This document shows positions 41,656 to 51,955 of a stretch of DNA of 64,000 bases, piece after piece. A model generated the notes under the pieces. The model made no database searches and was not told where the DNA came from. It was given only the letters and a program-made list of their open reading frames with translations. The stretch's first letter is position 1, and every line of letters starts with the position of its first letter. The stretch is from Candidatus Hodarchaeota archaeon. GTDB lineage: Archaea > Asgardarchaeota > Lokiarchaeia > Sigyniarchaeales > SOKP01. The stretch covers positions 128,001 to 192,000 of the forward strand of contig JBHLJY010000005.1 of NCBI GenBank assembly GCA_048887225.1. Reading direction: 5' to 3'. A program made the position numbers and the translations under genes.

Positions 41656-42330
41656 TTATTTAAGCATTTTCCGTGGATAATTGGCAAATAAGCTATTAAA
41701 GAGTCTATAAAACCTTTCACATTGTTCTTTCGGAATTATTTTTGGTTCCCCAATTTGCAAGGCACCCCAATATATTTTTGCAAGTTTCTCTGTTAATTCC
41801 GCGAATTTTACAGAATTTTCCACAGATTTTCCACATACAATTGCTCCATGATTCGCCAATAAAGCAGCATTTTTTATACCTAATGCTTTTAAAGCTGACT
41901 GACCTATTTCTTCTGTATGTGCTTCGCCAAATGGAGATATATCAACAGATCCTCCCAAAAATACGATTTGTTCCTCCATGATTATAGGGATGGTCATATG
42001 ATTTACTGAAAGCATTGTAGCATAGGGAGAATGAGTGTGTATTACACTTTGTACCTTAGGGCGAGATTTATAAATCATTGTATGCATTGTTGCCTCAGTC
42101 GATGGCAATTTTCCTTTGCTTAAAGCGGTTCCATCAAATTTAATATGTACAACTTGATCATCTGTTAATGTCTCGTAATTATTAAATGAGGGAGTAATAA
42201 ATAATTCATCTTTTCTTCCATTTCTCACACTAACATTTCCCTCTCCAAAATCAACTAAATTTCTCTTATAAATGGCTTTAGCCCCTTTAACAACTTCGCT
42301 TCTATATAACGCTACTTTATCTGATGCCAT
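41656..42330 (-). CDS. Class II aldolase/adducin family (fuculose-phosphate aldolase-like)
   Basis: GNVSVR, ITPS, PSTE..MH, HTHSPY, LLANHG. Confidence 0.9.
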   Translation of the reverse strand: MASDKVALYRSEVVKGAKAIYKRNLVDFGEGNVSVRNGRKDELFITPSFNNYETLTDDQVVHIKFDGTALSKGKLPSTEATMHTMIYKSRPKVQSVIHTHSPYATMLSVNHMTIPIIMEEQIVFLGGSVDISPFGEAHTEEIGQSALKALGIKNAALLANHGAIVCGKSVENSVKFAELTEKLAKIYWGALQIGEPKIIPKEQCERFYRLFNSLFANYPRKMLK

Positions 42331-42504
42331 ATATTATTTAATTAAGAATTCGTTAAAAAGATACTTAGCTTTTTAAAGTTAAATATCATCGTTTAATAGT
42401 AATTTCATGAGGTCTTATTTTATAAATTTAAATTATTCATATCCATTATGACTTTATTTATTTATTAATTATAGAGAAGTGGAATTATTAAGTAAAATAT
42501 TGAA

Positions 42505-43593
42505 ATGAACAGAATTATCTTACATTGTGATTTAGATTGTTTTTTTGCTGCTGTCGAGATAAGAGATAATCCTAAATTGAAAGGAAAATCCGTTATTATT
42601 GGCGCAGATCCGAAAGGTGGAAAAGGTAGAGGAGTAATATCAACTTGTTCTTACGAAGCAAGAAAATTTGGACTTCATTCAGGAATGTCAATATCCCAAG
42701 CGTACCAAAGATGCCCCCATGGTATTTATTTGAGACCTAATTTTAAGAGATATATCAGTGCATCAAAAAAAGTTATGCAGATAATCAGTAAATATTCTGA
42801 GAATTTCCAACAAGTTGGAAATGATGAAGCTTATCTTGATCTGACAGAGATTTGTTCGGATTTTAACGAGGTTAAACAAATTGCTGAACAAATCCAAAAA
42901 GAAATTTCTGAAAAAGTAGGAATAACGATTTCTATAGGATGCGCCCCGACAAAATCATTGGCGAAGATTGCCTCTGACTTTAATAAGCCGAATGGGATTA
43001 CGATATTTAAACCAGAAAACTTTAAAGAATATATAAGAAATTTAGATATAATTCATATTCCTGGAATAGGAAAGAAATTAAAAGTATATTACAATAAAAA
43101 AGGATTAAAGAACATAGGGGATATTATAAATACACCATTACCAAAAATGATTGAATTATTTGGTAAACATGGTAAATGGGTGTGGGATATAGCACAAGGC
43201 ATTGATGGAAGATCGGTTAAAAACTTTCACGAAACAAGGAAATCTGTTAGTTCAGAGAGAACTTTTTTCGAAGATACAGATGATTTTGATTTTCTTTTAT
43301 CAAAATTTAAGGTTATTAATGAAAGAATTCATAAGTCAATCGTTAAAGATAATATATCATATAAAACAATTACTTTAAAAATAAGATTTGAAGGATTCAA
43401 AACTTTCACACGTTCTAAAACGCTTCCTTTTCCAATCCAGAATAAAGATAAAGTAATGGGGATTATATTAGATTTATATAAAGAATTTTCAAAAAATAAT
43501 AAAAAAGTTCGTCTTGTAGGAATCAAGTTATCTAACTTAGAAAAAAATTTGAAAACTAAACAGAAAACACTAATAGATTACGCTAAAATTTAA
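42505..43593 (+). CDS. dinB: DNA polymerase IV (Y family)
   Basis: HCDLDCFFAAVE, SYEARKFG, DEAYLD, AKIASD..KPNG, IPGIG, VRLVGI; C-terminal PIP-like QKTLIDY. Confidence 0.95.
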   Translation: MNRIILHCDLDCFFAAVEIRDNPKLKGKSVIIGADPKGGKGRGVISTCSYEARKFGLHSGMSISQAYQRCPHGIYLRPNFKRYISASKKVMQIISKYSENFQQVGNDEAYLDLTEICSDFNEVKQIAEQIQKEISEKVGITISIGCAPTKSLAKIASDFNKPNGITIFKPENFKEYIRNLDIIHIPGIGKKLKVYYNKKGLKNIGDIINTPLPKMIELFGKHGKWVWDIAQGIDGRSVKNFHETRKSVSSERTFFEDTDDFDFLLSKFKVINERIHKSIVKDNISYKTITLKIRFEGFKTFTRSKTLPFPIQNKDKVMGIILDLYKEFSKNNKKVRLVGIKLSNLEKNLKTKQKTLIDYAKI

Positions 43594-43622
43594 AAAACAA
43601 ACCAATTAATTAAGATTCTTGG

Positions 43623-44558
43623 TTAATTTGTTTCTATGGAAAAGAATGTTTTTCTGATTATATCAGCGACTTCTCGATGGAGAATTCCATTTGTCGTAAG
43701 AATGCCAGGGGCTCTTAATATACATTTATTGTTTTCAAATATTAAACGTTCCTCGTCGAGATCTGTTACTATACCACCTGCTTCTCTCACTAGTAAATCC
43801 CCTGCGCAATAATCCCAAGAATACGCTTCAAAACCCATAATTGGTTTAATATATATATCATAGCTCCCATCTGCTATCATACAGAATTTAGCCATGCTAT
43901 CAAGTTGAATTCTTTCAGTAATACCAGTCTTGTCAGCAAATTGAACCACCCAAGGCATATCATAATGTAATGAATGACACATACGCGCCTTTTTGATATC
44001 GTTTTGAGTACTTACATGTATGGTGTTAAAATCAGATCCTCTATAAGAAGCTTTTGCTCCTTGATATAATTCGGCACTAAAAATAGCTGAACCGTTTCCG
44101 TTATAGTTTGGTACTCCGATCACACTAATTTTTTGATCAGATTTTTCTACTAAACAAATACCGATGGCGTACGATAAATCTTTCTGATATCCTAAAGTCC
44201 CGTCAATTGGATCTACGTTCCATTGTCGAGGAGAGGGCTTTCCCCTGTAATTTAACATTGCCTTAAAATCTATTATGTTATCGATATTTAAATCGCGAAA
44301 ACATTGTTCAATTGCCTCTTCAGCTTTATGATCAACTAAATTGAGTTCATCTTCTTCAGCAAAAATTTGATCCCTTGGAAATAATTCTTTTAATTTTGAG
44401 ATTATATAGATTTGAGAGGCAAAATCAGCCATCGTTACAGTACTCTTATCATATTTCTTATATATTTCAAAGCCTGACTTTCTAAACCACTCCGTAATTT
44501 CAGAGGCCTTTTTTACAATCTCTATAGCAATAGATAATTCTTTATCATAATCTGACAT
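43623..44558 (-). CDS. Inositol monophosphatase / 3'(2'),5'-bisphosphate nucleotidase family
   Basis: VTMAD, AEE, VDPIDGT, DSMAK, WD..AG..LVREAGG. Confidence 0.88.
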   Translation of the reverse strand: MSDYDKELSIAIEIVKKASEITEWFRKSGFEIYKKYDKSTVTMADFASQIYIISKLKELFPRDQIFAEEDELNLVDHKAEEAIEQCFRDLNIDNIIDFKAMLNYRGKPSPRQWNVDPIDGTLGYQKDLSYAIGICLVEKSDQKISVIGVPNYNGNGSAIFSAELYQGAKASYRGSDFNTIHVSTQNDIKKARMCHSLHYDMPWVVQFADKTGITERIQLDSMAKFCMIADGSYDIYIKPIMGFEAYSWDYCAGDLLVREAGGIVTDLDEERLIFENNKCILRAPGILTTNGILHREVADIIRKTFFSIETN

Positions 44559-44696
44559 TACTATATTTAATACTAAAGCGTTACATTCTTAAAATTTATA
44601 TTATTAAGATATGATTAAGTCAGTATTTTACTAAAATTTTTACAGAATTAAAAAATTTTTTTTATTTAATTTAGTTAGTTTTTCTATAAAATATAA

Positions 44697-45530
44697 TTAT
44701 TGAACAACTTGAAATCGTTCGAATTGCATTGTTTTTAAGTCAATTATAACATAAATCAAATAATCTTGATAATGGTGAGACTGTCCAGGCTGAATGCAAA
44801 TTGTTTTACCTAATTTTGAATACCATTTGCCTGATACATCTGGACTTTCGTGAATATGACCGTGCAACGTCAATAATGGCTGGGTTTTTTTAATAAAATT
44901 AAAAATTGCTTTTGAACCAACTTTTCGACCATCATGACATACGTCAAGACTAAGATCACTAGGTGGTGTGTGAATTATATATATGGCTTGTTCCATATTT
45001 TTTGGTTTTATTAATTGATTCATTTCCTCTTCAATAGTAGGTATTGAATCTGCATAGGAAACCCAATCATTTAATCTTTTCCAACCATTTGTGGTAGATA
45101 ATACCGGATTTCCAAATTGTTTGGGAAAAATAAAATCCTTCATATCTTTGCGTGCTCTATCTTTAAGAACAAACGGAAAATCTACCACCCAGTTCATACC
45201 TATGTATTCATAATTATCAACTGTGAAGTTTTTTTGAGCAATATTTATTATGTAAGAATATTTGTCGCAAATTTTTTGGAACATATTATCGAATATTCTT
45301 AGGTCATCATTTCCTAAATAGCAAAGGTAAAAAATCTTTCTTGAATTAAATTTTGAGAAATATTCATCAAGAAAATCAAGGATAAATTTATCTTGTTTCA
45401 TTAAATTACCCATTGGTAACATGTCGCCACCATTTATTACGGTTTTAATTTTTGAAGATCTTATGACCTCAAAAATTCGCTCGTATTTCCATTGAACTCC
45501 ATGCAAGTCAGTAACATATAAAAAATTCAT
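44697..45530 (-). CDS. Calcineurin-like metallophosphoesterase
   Basis: DLHG, GGD, GNDD, H.PP, HGHIHE. Confidence 0.88.
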   Translation of the reverse strand: MNFLYVTDLHGVQWKYERIFEVIRSSKIKTVINGGDMLPMGNLMKQDKFILDFLDEYFSKFNSRKIFYLCYLGNDDLRIFDNMFQKICDKYSYIINIAQKNFTVDNYEYIGMNWVVDFPFVLKDRARKDMKDFIFPKQFGNPVLSTTNGWKRLNDWVSYADSIPTIEEEMNQLIKPKNMEQAIYIIHTPPSDLSLDVCHDGRKVGSKAIFNFIKKTQPLLTLHGHIHESPDVSGKWYSKLGKTICIQPGQSHHYQDYLIYVIIDLKTMQFERFQVVQ

Positions 45531-45546
45531 AGAAATTAAATAAATT

Positions 45547-47613
45547 TTATAAGTTCAAGATTTTTTTTATCTCATTTAAGTATGTTTCCGCTGAAATTAA
45601 TTCTAATTCGCTTTCTTTTTCTTTTTCTATTTTTTTTATCTTTTCGAATTTCATATTGTACATTTTTAAAAACCAGAATAAAGAATAAATTTCGACTTTC
45701 TTATTGAATTCATTATCAATCTTATAGTTATTATAATTCATATAACCCTGCTTAAATGAATCGTTTAATTGAGGTTTTTTTAAATAATTTAACATCCAGT
45801 AATCCATTTTAACAAAATCTAAAGCTCGCACCCCTATGCGCCAATCATCAAAATCTATTAAACCATTTATTCGAATTGTTTTTGATTCATCCTTAACGAT
45901 AACATTATTTCCTTGATAATCGTTATGTAATAAAATAGGTTCGTTTTCTTCTTCAATTAACATTGCATTTTCACTTAAATAATCGGTAATAGCCTCCGTA
46001 AATTCCATGTTATATTTTTTAGCCTCTTGAATCTCAGCTTCTAATTCCGCGCTAAATATCTCAGGCCAATTTTTCTTTTTTTTAGTTCCTATATCAGTAA
46101 TTTTTTCATAAAAAGACTCAAATTTAATTTCGTGTAATTTAGCTAACATCTCTCCTATATCATTAAAAAGATTTATAAATTTTTTTGTAGTTATACTACG
46201 GTTTTCTTTAAGATATTGTTCTATTAAGCGATAAAGTGGTTTACCATGAATATAATCCATTATTGTGAATAGGTAAGGAACTCTTTTTTTAGTTTCATCG
46301 TAATAAATTAAGTTTGCCACTGGAACGATGGGTGGCTTTTGTTTATCAAAAAAGTGAATTCCAATCTGAGTTTTAATAATTTCTTCTATTTTTTTATAAA
46401 AACTTGGGCTATTTCCTGCTAAAAAGTGATATAATAATTTTTCTTTTAAGATATTTTCATATTTGAAAGATTTAGAGGTTCTAAATCTAAATATATATTG
46501 CGAATCTTCAAATTTTACTCTATATATCGTGTTTATTTTACTAACAAAAGGACCAATAATTTTCTTAATCTTACCTTGTTCGCTTAAAATTGGAATATCT
46601 GAAAATAAATTAATTATTTCATCTAACCGATAAACTTCTTCTTTATTTAGGGAATACAATTGATAAATATACTTTTGATTTATTAAATAATTGACAGTTG
46701 CTTCAATTATATCTATACTTGTTGAATCAAGATCTTTTTGAAAATTGTCTAAAGTAATGGATAATAGATCCTTATACAGATAAAGAAAAGCATATCTTAA
46801 TCCTTGAAATCGTTGTCCTTTTTCAAATTTAAAATAAATTTTATCTCTAATATCTTCTAATAATTCTTGCATTTGAATAATTTCTAAAACATTATCTTCG
46901 AGTGCGGCCTTAAATAGGTTCGCACAAATATTTACTAAATTCCCCATACTAGATACGATTCCAGAATTTATTCTAAATTCTTTTGGAATTAATTGGAGAA
47001 AAGTAGAAAATTTAGCAACATTACTGCAAAAAACCGAAAAATTATCATTTATTAAATTAATATAAGCTTTATAAAGGCTGATTTTGTCAGATGCGTCAAT
47101 AATGCCTTTAAGATTTGGAAATTCTATTAATTTACTTAAAATTTTGGGTTCAATTTCATTACCAGCAAATTGAATGGGATTATTATATAAAAAAACAGGA
47201 TTATCAAGAGTTAAAGAACTTAAAATATTTTCAAAATTAGTCCTTAATTCACTTGAACTCATTTTTTCTGATACTTGTGGTGATATGATAAAATTAAGCT
47301 TGTTGAATTTCTTTCCTAAATCTTCAATTTGATCAATAATATTATCCAGTTCATCTCCATCAACCCCAAATATAACTGGAAATTTTTTACCTGTAACATT
47401 ATAAGCGTTTTTAATGAATTTTATTTGTTGATCATAAACATCTGGAAAATTCTGCTCTTTATAGGAATTAAAAAGCAAAATTGCATTAGCACCATTCAAA
47501 ATAATATGTCTGAATAACACTAAATTCAATTGGGTATTAATTTCAAAGTTATTATTGTAAAATGTAATTGATGGAACAATTACACCATTTATCGATGACA
47601 TTTTATTTTGCAT
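45547..47613 (-). CDS. Fusion of a DHDPS-like TIM barrel (degenerate active site) and an aminoglycoside phosphotransferase-like kinase
   Basis: N-terminal GVIVPSITF, LYNNP, GIIDAS; C-terminal MDYIHG, LAKLH, LLHNDYQGNNV, LIDFD. Confidence 0.75.
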   Translation of the reverse strand: MQNKMSSINGVIVPSITFYNNNFEINTQLNLVLFRHIILNGANAILLFNSYKEQNFPDVYDQQIKFIKNAYNVTGKKFPVIFGVDGDELDNIIDQIEDLGKKFNKLNFIISPQVSEKMSSSELRTNFENILSSLTLDNPVFLYNNPIQFAGNEIEPKILSKLIEFPNLKGIIDASDKISLYKAYINLINDNFSVFCSNVAKFSTFLQLIPKEFRINSGIVSSMGNLVNICANLFKAALEDNVLEIIQMQELLEDIRDKIYFKFEKGQRFQGLRYAFLYLYKDLLSITLDNFQKDLDSTSIDIIEATVNYLINQKYIYQLYSLNKEEVYRLDEIINLFSDIPILSEQGKIKKIIGPFVSKINTIYRVKFEDSQYIFRFRTSKSFKYENILKEKLLYHFLAGNSPSFYKKIEEIIKTQIGIHFFDKQKPPIVPVANLIYYDETKKRVPYLFTIMDYIHGKPLYRLIEQYLKENRSITTKKFINLFNDIGEMLAKLHEIKFESFYEKITDIGTKKKKNWPEIFSAELEAEIQEAKKYNMEFTEAITDYLSENAMLIEEENEPILLHNDYQGNNVIVKDESKTIRINGLIDFDDWRIGVRALDFVKMDYWMLNYLKKPQLNDSFKQGYMNYNNYKIDNEFNKKVEIYSLFWFLKMYNMKFEKIKKIEKEKESELELISAETYLNEIKKILNL

Positions 47614-47806
47614 CTTTTTTAGATAAATAATATAAAGTTAAATTAGATTTCAAATAAAATTAGTGAGAATGAGGTTTAATTATCTTTAGTGTTTTAAAAT
47701 ATTTTTAAATTTAATTTTATTTCTAAGAATTAAATCTTTTAATCTAGTAAATGATAGTCTTATTAATAAACATATATCAATTATGAATTCTTGATTTATT
47801 CCAGAA

Positions 47807-48538
47807 GTGATAATAATTTATTGTAAGATCGATGGGAAAGATATTCCGTTAGTTACAACAGGCACAAGTCCATTTATCGGTGCAGGACAATTTGGGTTTA
47901 AAGCTTATGAATGGCATCGTAAATTTTTAAATAATCCAGATGCTATGGTGGAAATTTTAAAAGCAGGCTACCATGCTGGGGCGCGAGGAATCGAAGCAAT
48001 ACCTATTGGAAAAATAATGGAGGCCTCTCGTATAATGACAGAAACTCATGATGATTATATTGTATTAGGCTCGACATCTCCAAATCGAAGTAGGGGATCC
48101 ATAAAGGATCTAATTGAGGGCGGAGCTAAGTTAATATTTGTACATGGAATAGTTTCAGATTGTAAAGGGGAACATCTCTTACAGCTATTGAACGAGATTT
48201 CCTCGCAAGGTATCATACCAGGAATAGCAACACATGACCCAATTTCTACTTTAAAATATTGCTTTGAAAACTCTATAAATGTGAAAGCTTTTTTAATCCC
48301 TTTTAATGCTAAAGGTTATATGATGGGGAACGTAGAAGAATTAGAAAGTATTGTGGATAATAATAAAGACGGCTATTGGTTTATTGGAATGAAAACTTTA
48401 GCAGCTGGAAGATTGAGTCCTACAGAAGCTTTCGAATATATATCAAAGCATAATATTTGCTCAGTAACCATCGGAATGGTTACAACAGAAGAAGCAGAGA
48501 TAACAACAAAAATCGCTTTGAAAGCATTAAGTAAATAA
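47807..48538 (+). CDS. Hypothetical protein, aldo/keto-reductase-like TIM barrel
   Basis: GTSPFIGAGQF, PGIATH, PFN..GY.M, MKTLAAGRL.P. Confidence 0.6.
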   Translation: MIIIYCKIDGKDIPLVTTGTSPFIGAGQFGFKAYEWHRKFLNNPDAMVEILKAGYHAGARGIEAIPIGKIMEASRIMTETHDDYIVLGSTSPNRSRGSIKDLIEGGAKLIFVHGIVSDCKGEHLLQLLNEISSQGIIPGIATHDPISTLKYCFENSINVKAFLIPFNAKGYMMGNVEELESIVDNNKDGYWFIGMKTLAAGRLSPTEAFEYISKHNICSVTIGMVTTEEAEITTKIALKALSK

Positions 48539-48581
48539 TTAATAGTATCATAATAAAAATAAAAAGAAAAGGGTTGATTTT

Positions 48582-49151
48582 ATGGAAAAAAAGAAAATTA
48601 GGCCAAGTCCTTATTTATTTCCTATGCCTACCGTATTAGTAGGTGCGAATGTGAATGGTAAACCAAATTTTGTAACAATTGCCTTTTGTGGTAGTCTTCA
48701 ATATAAACCACCAATGTTAGTAATTTCTTCTGGCAAAAATCATTTTACAAATATAGGCATAAGAGAAAATAATACTTTTAGTGTAAATATACCTTCTATA
48801 GAGATGGTTGAAGTTACTGATTATATTGGTACTAAGTCTGGAAAACAAATAGACAAGTCAAATTTATTTGAAATCTTTTATGGAGATTTGGAAAACGCAC
48901 CTATGATAAGTGAAGCACCTGTCAATCATGAGTGTAAAGTAGTAAAAATTATTGATCTAAAGGGTACTAATGATATTATTATTGGAGAAATTGTTCAAAC
49001 TTATGTAAATGAAGAATGCATTACTAATGGAAAACCAGATATTCAAAAAATACAACCAATATTATTTTCTGGCTTTGATGCTAATTATATGAAAGTGGGA
49101 GATATTTTAGCTCGAGCTTATAAAGTCGGTCGAAATTATAAAAAAGAGTAA
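48582..49151 (+). CDS. Flavin reductase family protein (flavoredoxin-like)
   Basis: PMPTVLVG, PP, FSVNIP, AP.I.E.P...EC, GEIV. Confidence 0.88.
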   Translation: MEKKKIRPSPYLFPMPTVLVGANVNGKPNFVTIAFCGSLQYKPPMLVISSGKNHFTNIGIRENNTFSVNIPSIEMVEVTDYIGTKSGKQIDKSNLFEIFYGDLENAPMISEAPVNHECKVVKIIDLKGTNDIIIGEIVQTYVNEECITNGKPDIQKIQPILFSGFDANYMKVGDILARAYKVGRNYKKE

Positions 49152-49195
49152 TTTACTACACCTATAAAATTCGAAAGATAAAAAAGAAATTAGCT

Positions 49196-49828
49196 TTATT
49201 TAATATATTTTCTTACGACTTTCCCTCTTGGTGTTTTTTCTTCAAATAAGATAGCTTGAAATGAGTAAATTTTAGTATTTAAATCTTCCCACGCATCTTC
49301 GGGAAGCCATGCTTTTTGACATGTATTAGACAAGAAGGTAGGGACATCCCAGTTCCGATTTTGATCAACTGGGACTTGGGGAAGTAGTAGACCTCTTCTC
49401 ATTCCTCTTTCCGCTATAAGTCCATCCCTTCCAATAACGATTTTTTGAAGATACTCTTTAGGATCGTTTACTTCAATTTGTTTAGGTGGTGTCAAAATAG
49501 ATAACTCAATAACAATATCATCCATTTCTTTTAGCGTAACTGAGGGAAAACGAGGATCTTCTATAGCTGAGCTAATTGAAACTTTATGAATAACATCATA
49601 TAAGGGGTAAATTGGTTCTATATAGCCAATACATCCTCTCAAAGGATTACCACTAACATTAAATTTATTTAAGGTTACAAATGCGCCATACTTATCGGCA
49701 AATTTTTGCTTGATTTCATCAGGTACAGGAATTCTTCTATCGTTTCTTAGAAAAAATTCAATGTTTTCTCTGGTAAAATCGATAAGCATACTGCCCTCCT
49801 CTACATTAAATTTCTCCTCATCTGACAT
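49196..49828 (-). CDS. AMMECR1 domain protein (TIGR00296)
   Basis: GAFVTL, LRGCIG, DPRF, ELSILT, GRDGL, GLLLPQV. Confidence 0.93.
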   Translation of the reverse strand: MSDEEKFNVEEGSMLIDFTRENIEFFLRNDRRIPVPDEIKQKFADKYGAFVTLNKFNVSGNPLRGCIGYIEPIYPLYDVIHKVSISSAIEDPRFPSVTLKEMDDIVIELSILTPPKQIEVNDPKEYLQKIVIGRDGLIAERGMRRGLLLPQVPVDQNRNWDVPTFLSNTCQKAWLPEDAWEDLNTKIYSFQAILFEEKTPRGKVVRKYIK

Positions 49829-49888
49829 TATCTTAAACCAAAAAATTTCGTTTAATATATATAATTAAGTTGCTTGATTTTTTATATT

Positions 49889-51280
49889 TTATATGAATTT
49901 AATTATCATTCCTATTGGTTTAGAATTTTCAATATTAATTTCTATTCCTCTCAAAAATACTTTCCAAATTTGGATCTGAGACGTATAATTCTCGTAAGGG
50001 GTATATTTTGCTTTAGTTATAAAATTTTGTGGATTAATCTTTTGATTTAAAACTCGATCAACGATAATTAAATCTGCATCGTATCCTTTTCGGATAAATC
50101 CTTTATTTTTTAAATTGAATTGTTTTGCCGGATTCTCTGATGCTACCTTTACGAATCTTTCTAAAGAAAGTTCGTATCTACTAACTTTGTCTAACATTAT
50201 TAGAGGATATGTTTCAAAACCCGGAAATCCTGATGGAGCATTAAAATATTTTTTTGATTTCTCTATTAACGTATGAGGCGCATGATCCGTTCCAATAAAG
50301 TCTATATTTCCTTCTATGAGTTCATTATATAAAAATTTATGATGATCCTCATTGCGTAAAGGAGGTAAAACTTTACCATAATTATCATTACTTAGCTTAA
50401 TTTTATTGGATAAAAGTAAGTGATGAGGTGTAATTTCAAATGTGATTTTTAAGGTTTTATATTGTTTTATTGCTTTTTTTATTAAGGAATAACTTTCTAT
50501 ACAACTTATATGACAGAAATGAATGATTGGATAGTTTTTAGAATTTAAATCATTATCAGCAACAATTTTATAATAATTTTCAAGAATAAAATTCACGTAT
50601 TCCGCTTCCATCTGACATGGATAAAGCATGTTATGTAATTCTAGTGCTGTAGAATTTTCCAAGGTGTTTTCTTGAAGGATATTATCTTTTTTATCCTCAG
50701 ATATCGGCCAATCAGGGTGAATAAAAATAGGAATTTGGAATTTTGATGATATATGAAGAATCTTTTGAACATTTAACGAGTCAGTCCAATCAACTTCATT
50801 CAAAGAATTGAGTGGATATATCTTAAACCCAATTACTCCTAAATCTATAATTTTGATGATTTCATCGTAATTAATTTCTTTAGGAACTCCTGCTATAAAA
50901 CAAACGTCTACATAAATGTTATTTTGAGCCCTATTCATCCAATTTTTAACTTGATGGGCGGTAATTGCGGGAGGCTTTGTATTAGGCATATTAAAAACAG
51001 TTGTTATTCCAGAAAAAGCAGCGGCCTTTGTTCCCGTTAAAAATGTTTCTTTTTCGGACTGGTCCATATCACGTAAATGTGAATGGATATCGATAATTCC
51101 TGGTATAATTAATTTATTTTCGCAATCAATTTCTATTTCATCATCGTTTTGTTTAGTAATGTAATTGTAATCTTCTATGGAGGGATTAAAATTAATTGAT
51201 TGAATAATTCCATTATTAATCAGGATTGCTCCTTTATGTATTATCCCCTCAGCATATATTTTGGCGTTTTTTAAAATCAT
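49889..51280 (-). CDS. pyrC: Dihydroorotase family amidohydrolase
   Basis: PGIIDIHSHLR, MPNT.P, EITPHHL, PPLR, TDHAPH, G.PG.E, NPA. Confidence 0.8.
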   Translation of the reverse strand: MILKNAKIYAEGIIHKGAILINNGIIQSINFNPSIEDYNYITKQNDDEIEIDCENKLIIPGIIDIHSHLRDMDQSEKETFLTGTKAAAFSGITTVFNMPNTKPPAITAHQVKNWMNRAQNNIYVDVCFIAGVPKEINYDEIIKIIDLGVIGFKIYPLNSLNEVDWTDSLNVQKILHISSKFQIPIFIHPDWPISEDKKDNILQENTLENSTALELHNMLYPCQMEAEYVNFILENYYKIVADNDLNSKNYPIIHFCHISCIESYSLIKKAIKQYKTLKITFEITPHHLLLSNKIKLSNDNYGKVLPPLRNEDHHKFLYNELIEGNIDFIGTDHAPHTLIEKSKKYFNAPSGFPGFETYPLIMLDKVSRYELSLERFVKVASENPAKQFNLKNKGFIRKGYDADLIIVDRVLNQKINPQNFITKAKYTPYENYTSQIQIWKVFLRGIEINIENSKPIGMIIKFI

Positions 51281-51286
51281 ATTAAT

Positions 51287-51940
51287 TTATTTTTTCAATA
51301 GATCTAATCGAAAATTAATATACAAAAACTTATTTTCTATTCTATTAATTTTTGAAAGAGTTAAAAATTTTATATCTTTCAAATCTTTGAATGTTTGAAA
51401 AAAATTGGAATCTTCAATTATTATATTGTATGCGGGAATAATGTAGAAAAATTCAGATAGAGTATTTAAAGTTTCAAATTCATTAACCGTAAGAAAAGAA
51501 TTTACTTTTCCAACATCGTTATCATTAATTAGAAAAATAGGATTGAAAAATACAAAAGATTTAAAATATTTAATGAATGATTCGTTATTGGAGAATTTCC
51601 TTACATAAATTCCTGGTGTTGATTTTTTCCAATTTTCAATATCCGAAGAATTAAATAAGTTTACGTTGTCTATAGCTTTTCTTAATAACAATGCTTGAGA
51701 GCGCTCATCCGGACCTAAGTATTTTAATTTCTTCCCTTCAAATTTTATTAATATACCATCATTTTGAATATATATAAACAAGTTATTCTCTTTTCTTATC
51801 GCATAGGATAGACAGAAAATTTCCCGAATACAAGAGCAAATTTCGTAAATTTCAAGAGGAATTTTTCCTATATCAATATCATTTTTATTATAATTAATGA
51901 GATTTTTAACTAATAGTAAAAAATTAACCAAATTAATCAA
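51287..51940 (-). CDS. TrmY-like (DUF358) SPOUT protein, degenerate
   Basis: F.LSYAIR, GPDERS, STPGIYV motifs; adjacent to SRP54; C-terminal LGDH-type motif not seen. Confidence 0.55.
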   Translation of the reverse strand: MINLVNFLLLVKNLINYNKNDIDIGKIPLEIYEICSCIREIFCLSYAIRKENNLFIYIQNDGILIKFEGKKLKYLGPDERSQALLLRKAIDNVNLFNSSDIENWKKSTPGIYVRKFSNNESFIKYFKSFVFFNPIFLINDNDVGKVNSFLTVNEFETLNTLSEFFYIIPAYNIIIEDSNFFQTFKDLKDIKFLTLSKINRIENKFLYINFRLDLLKK

Positions 51941-51955
51941 GAAAAGTAAGAATAG

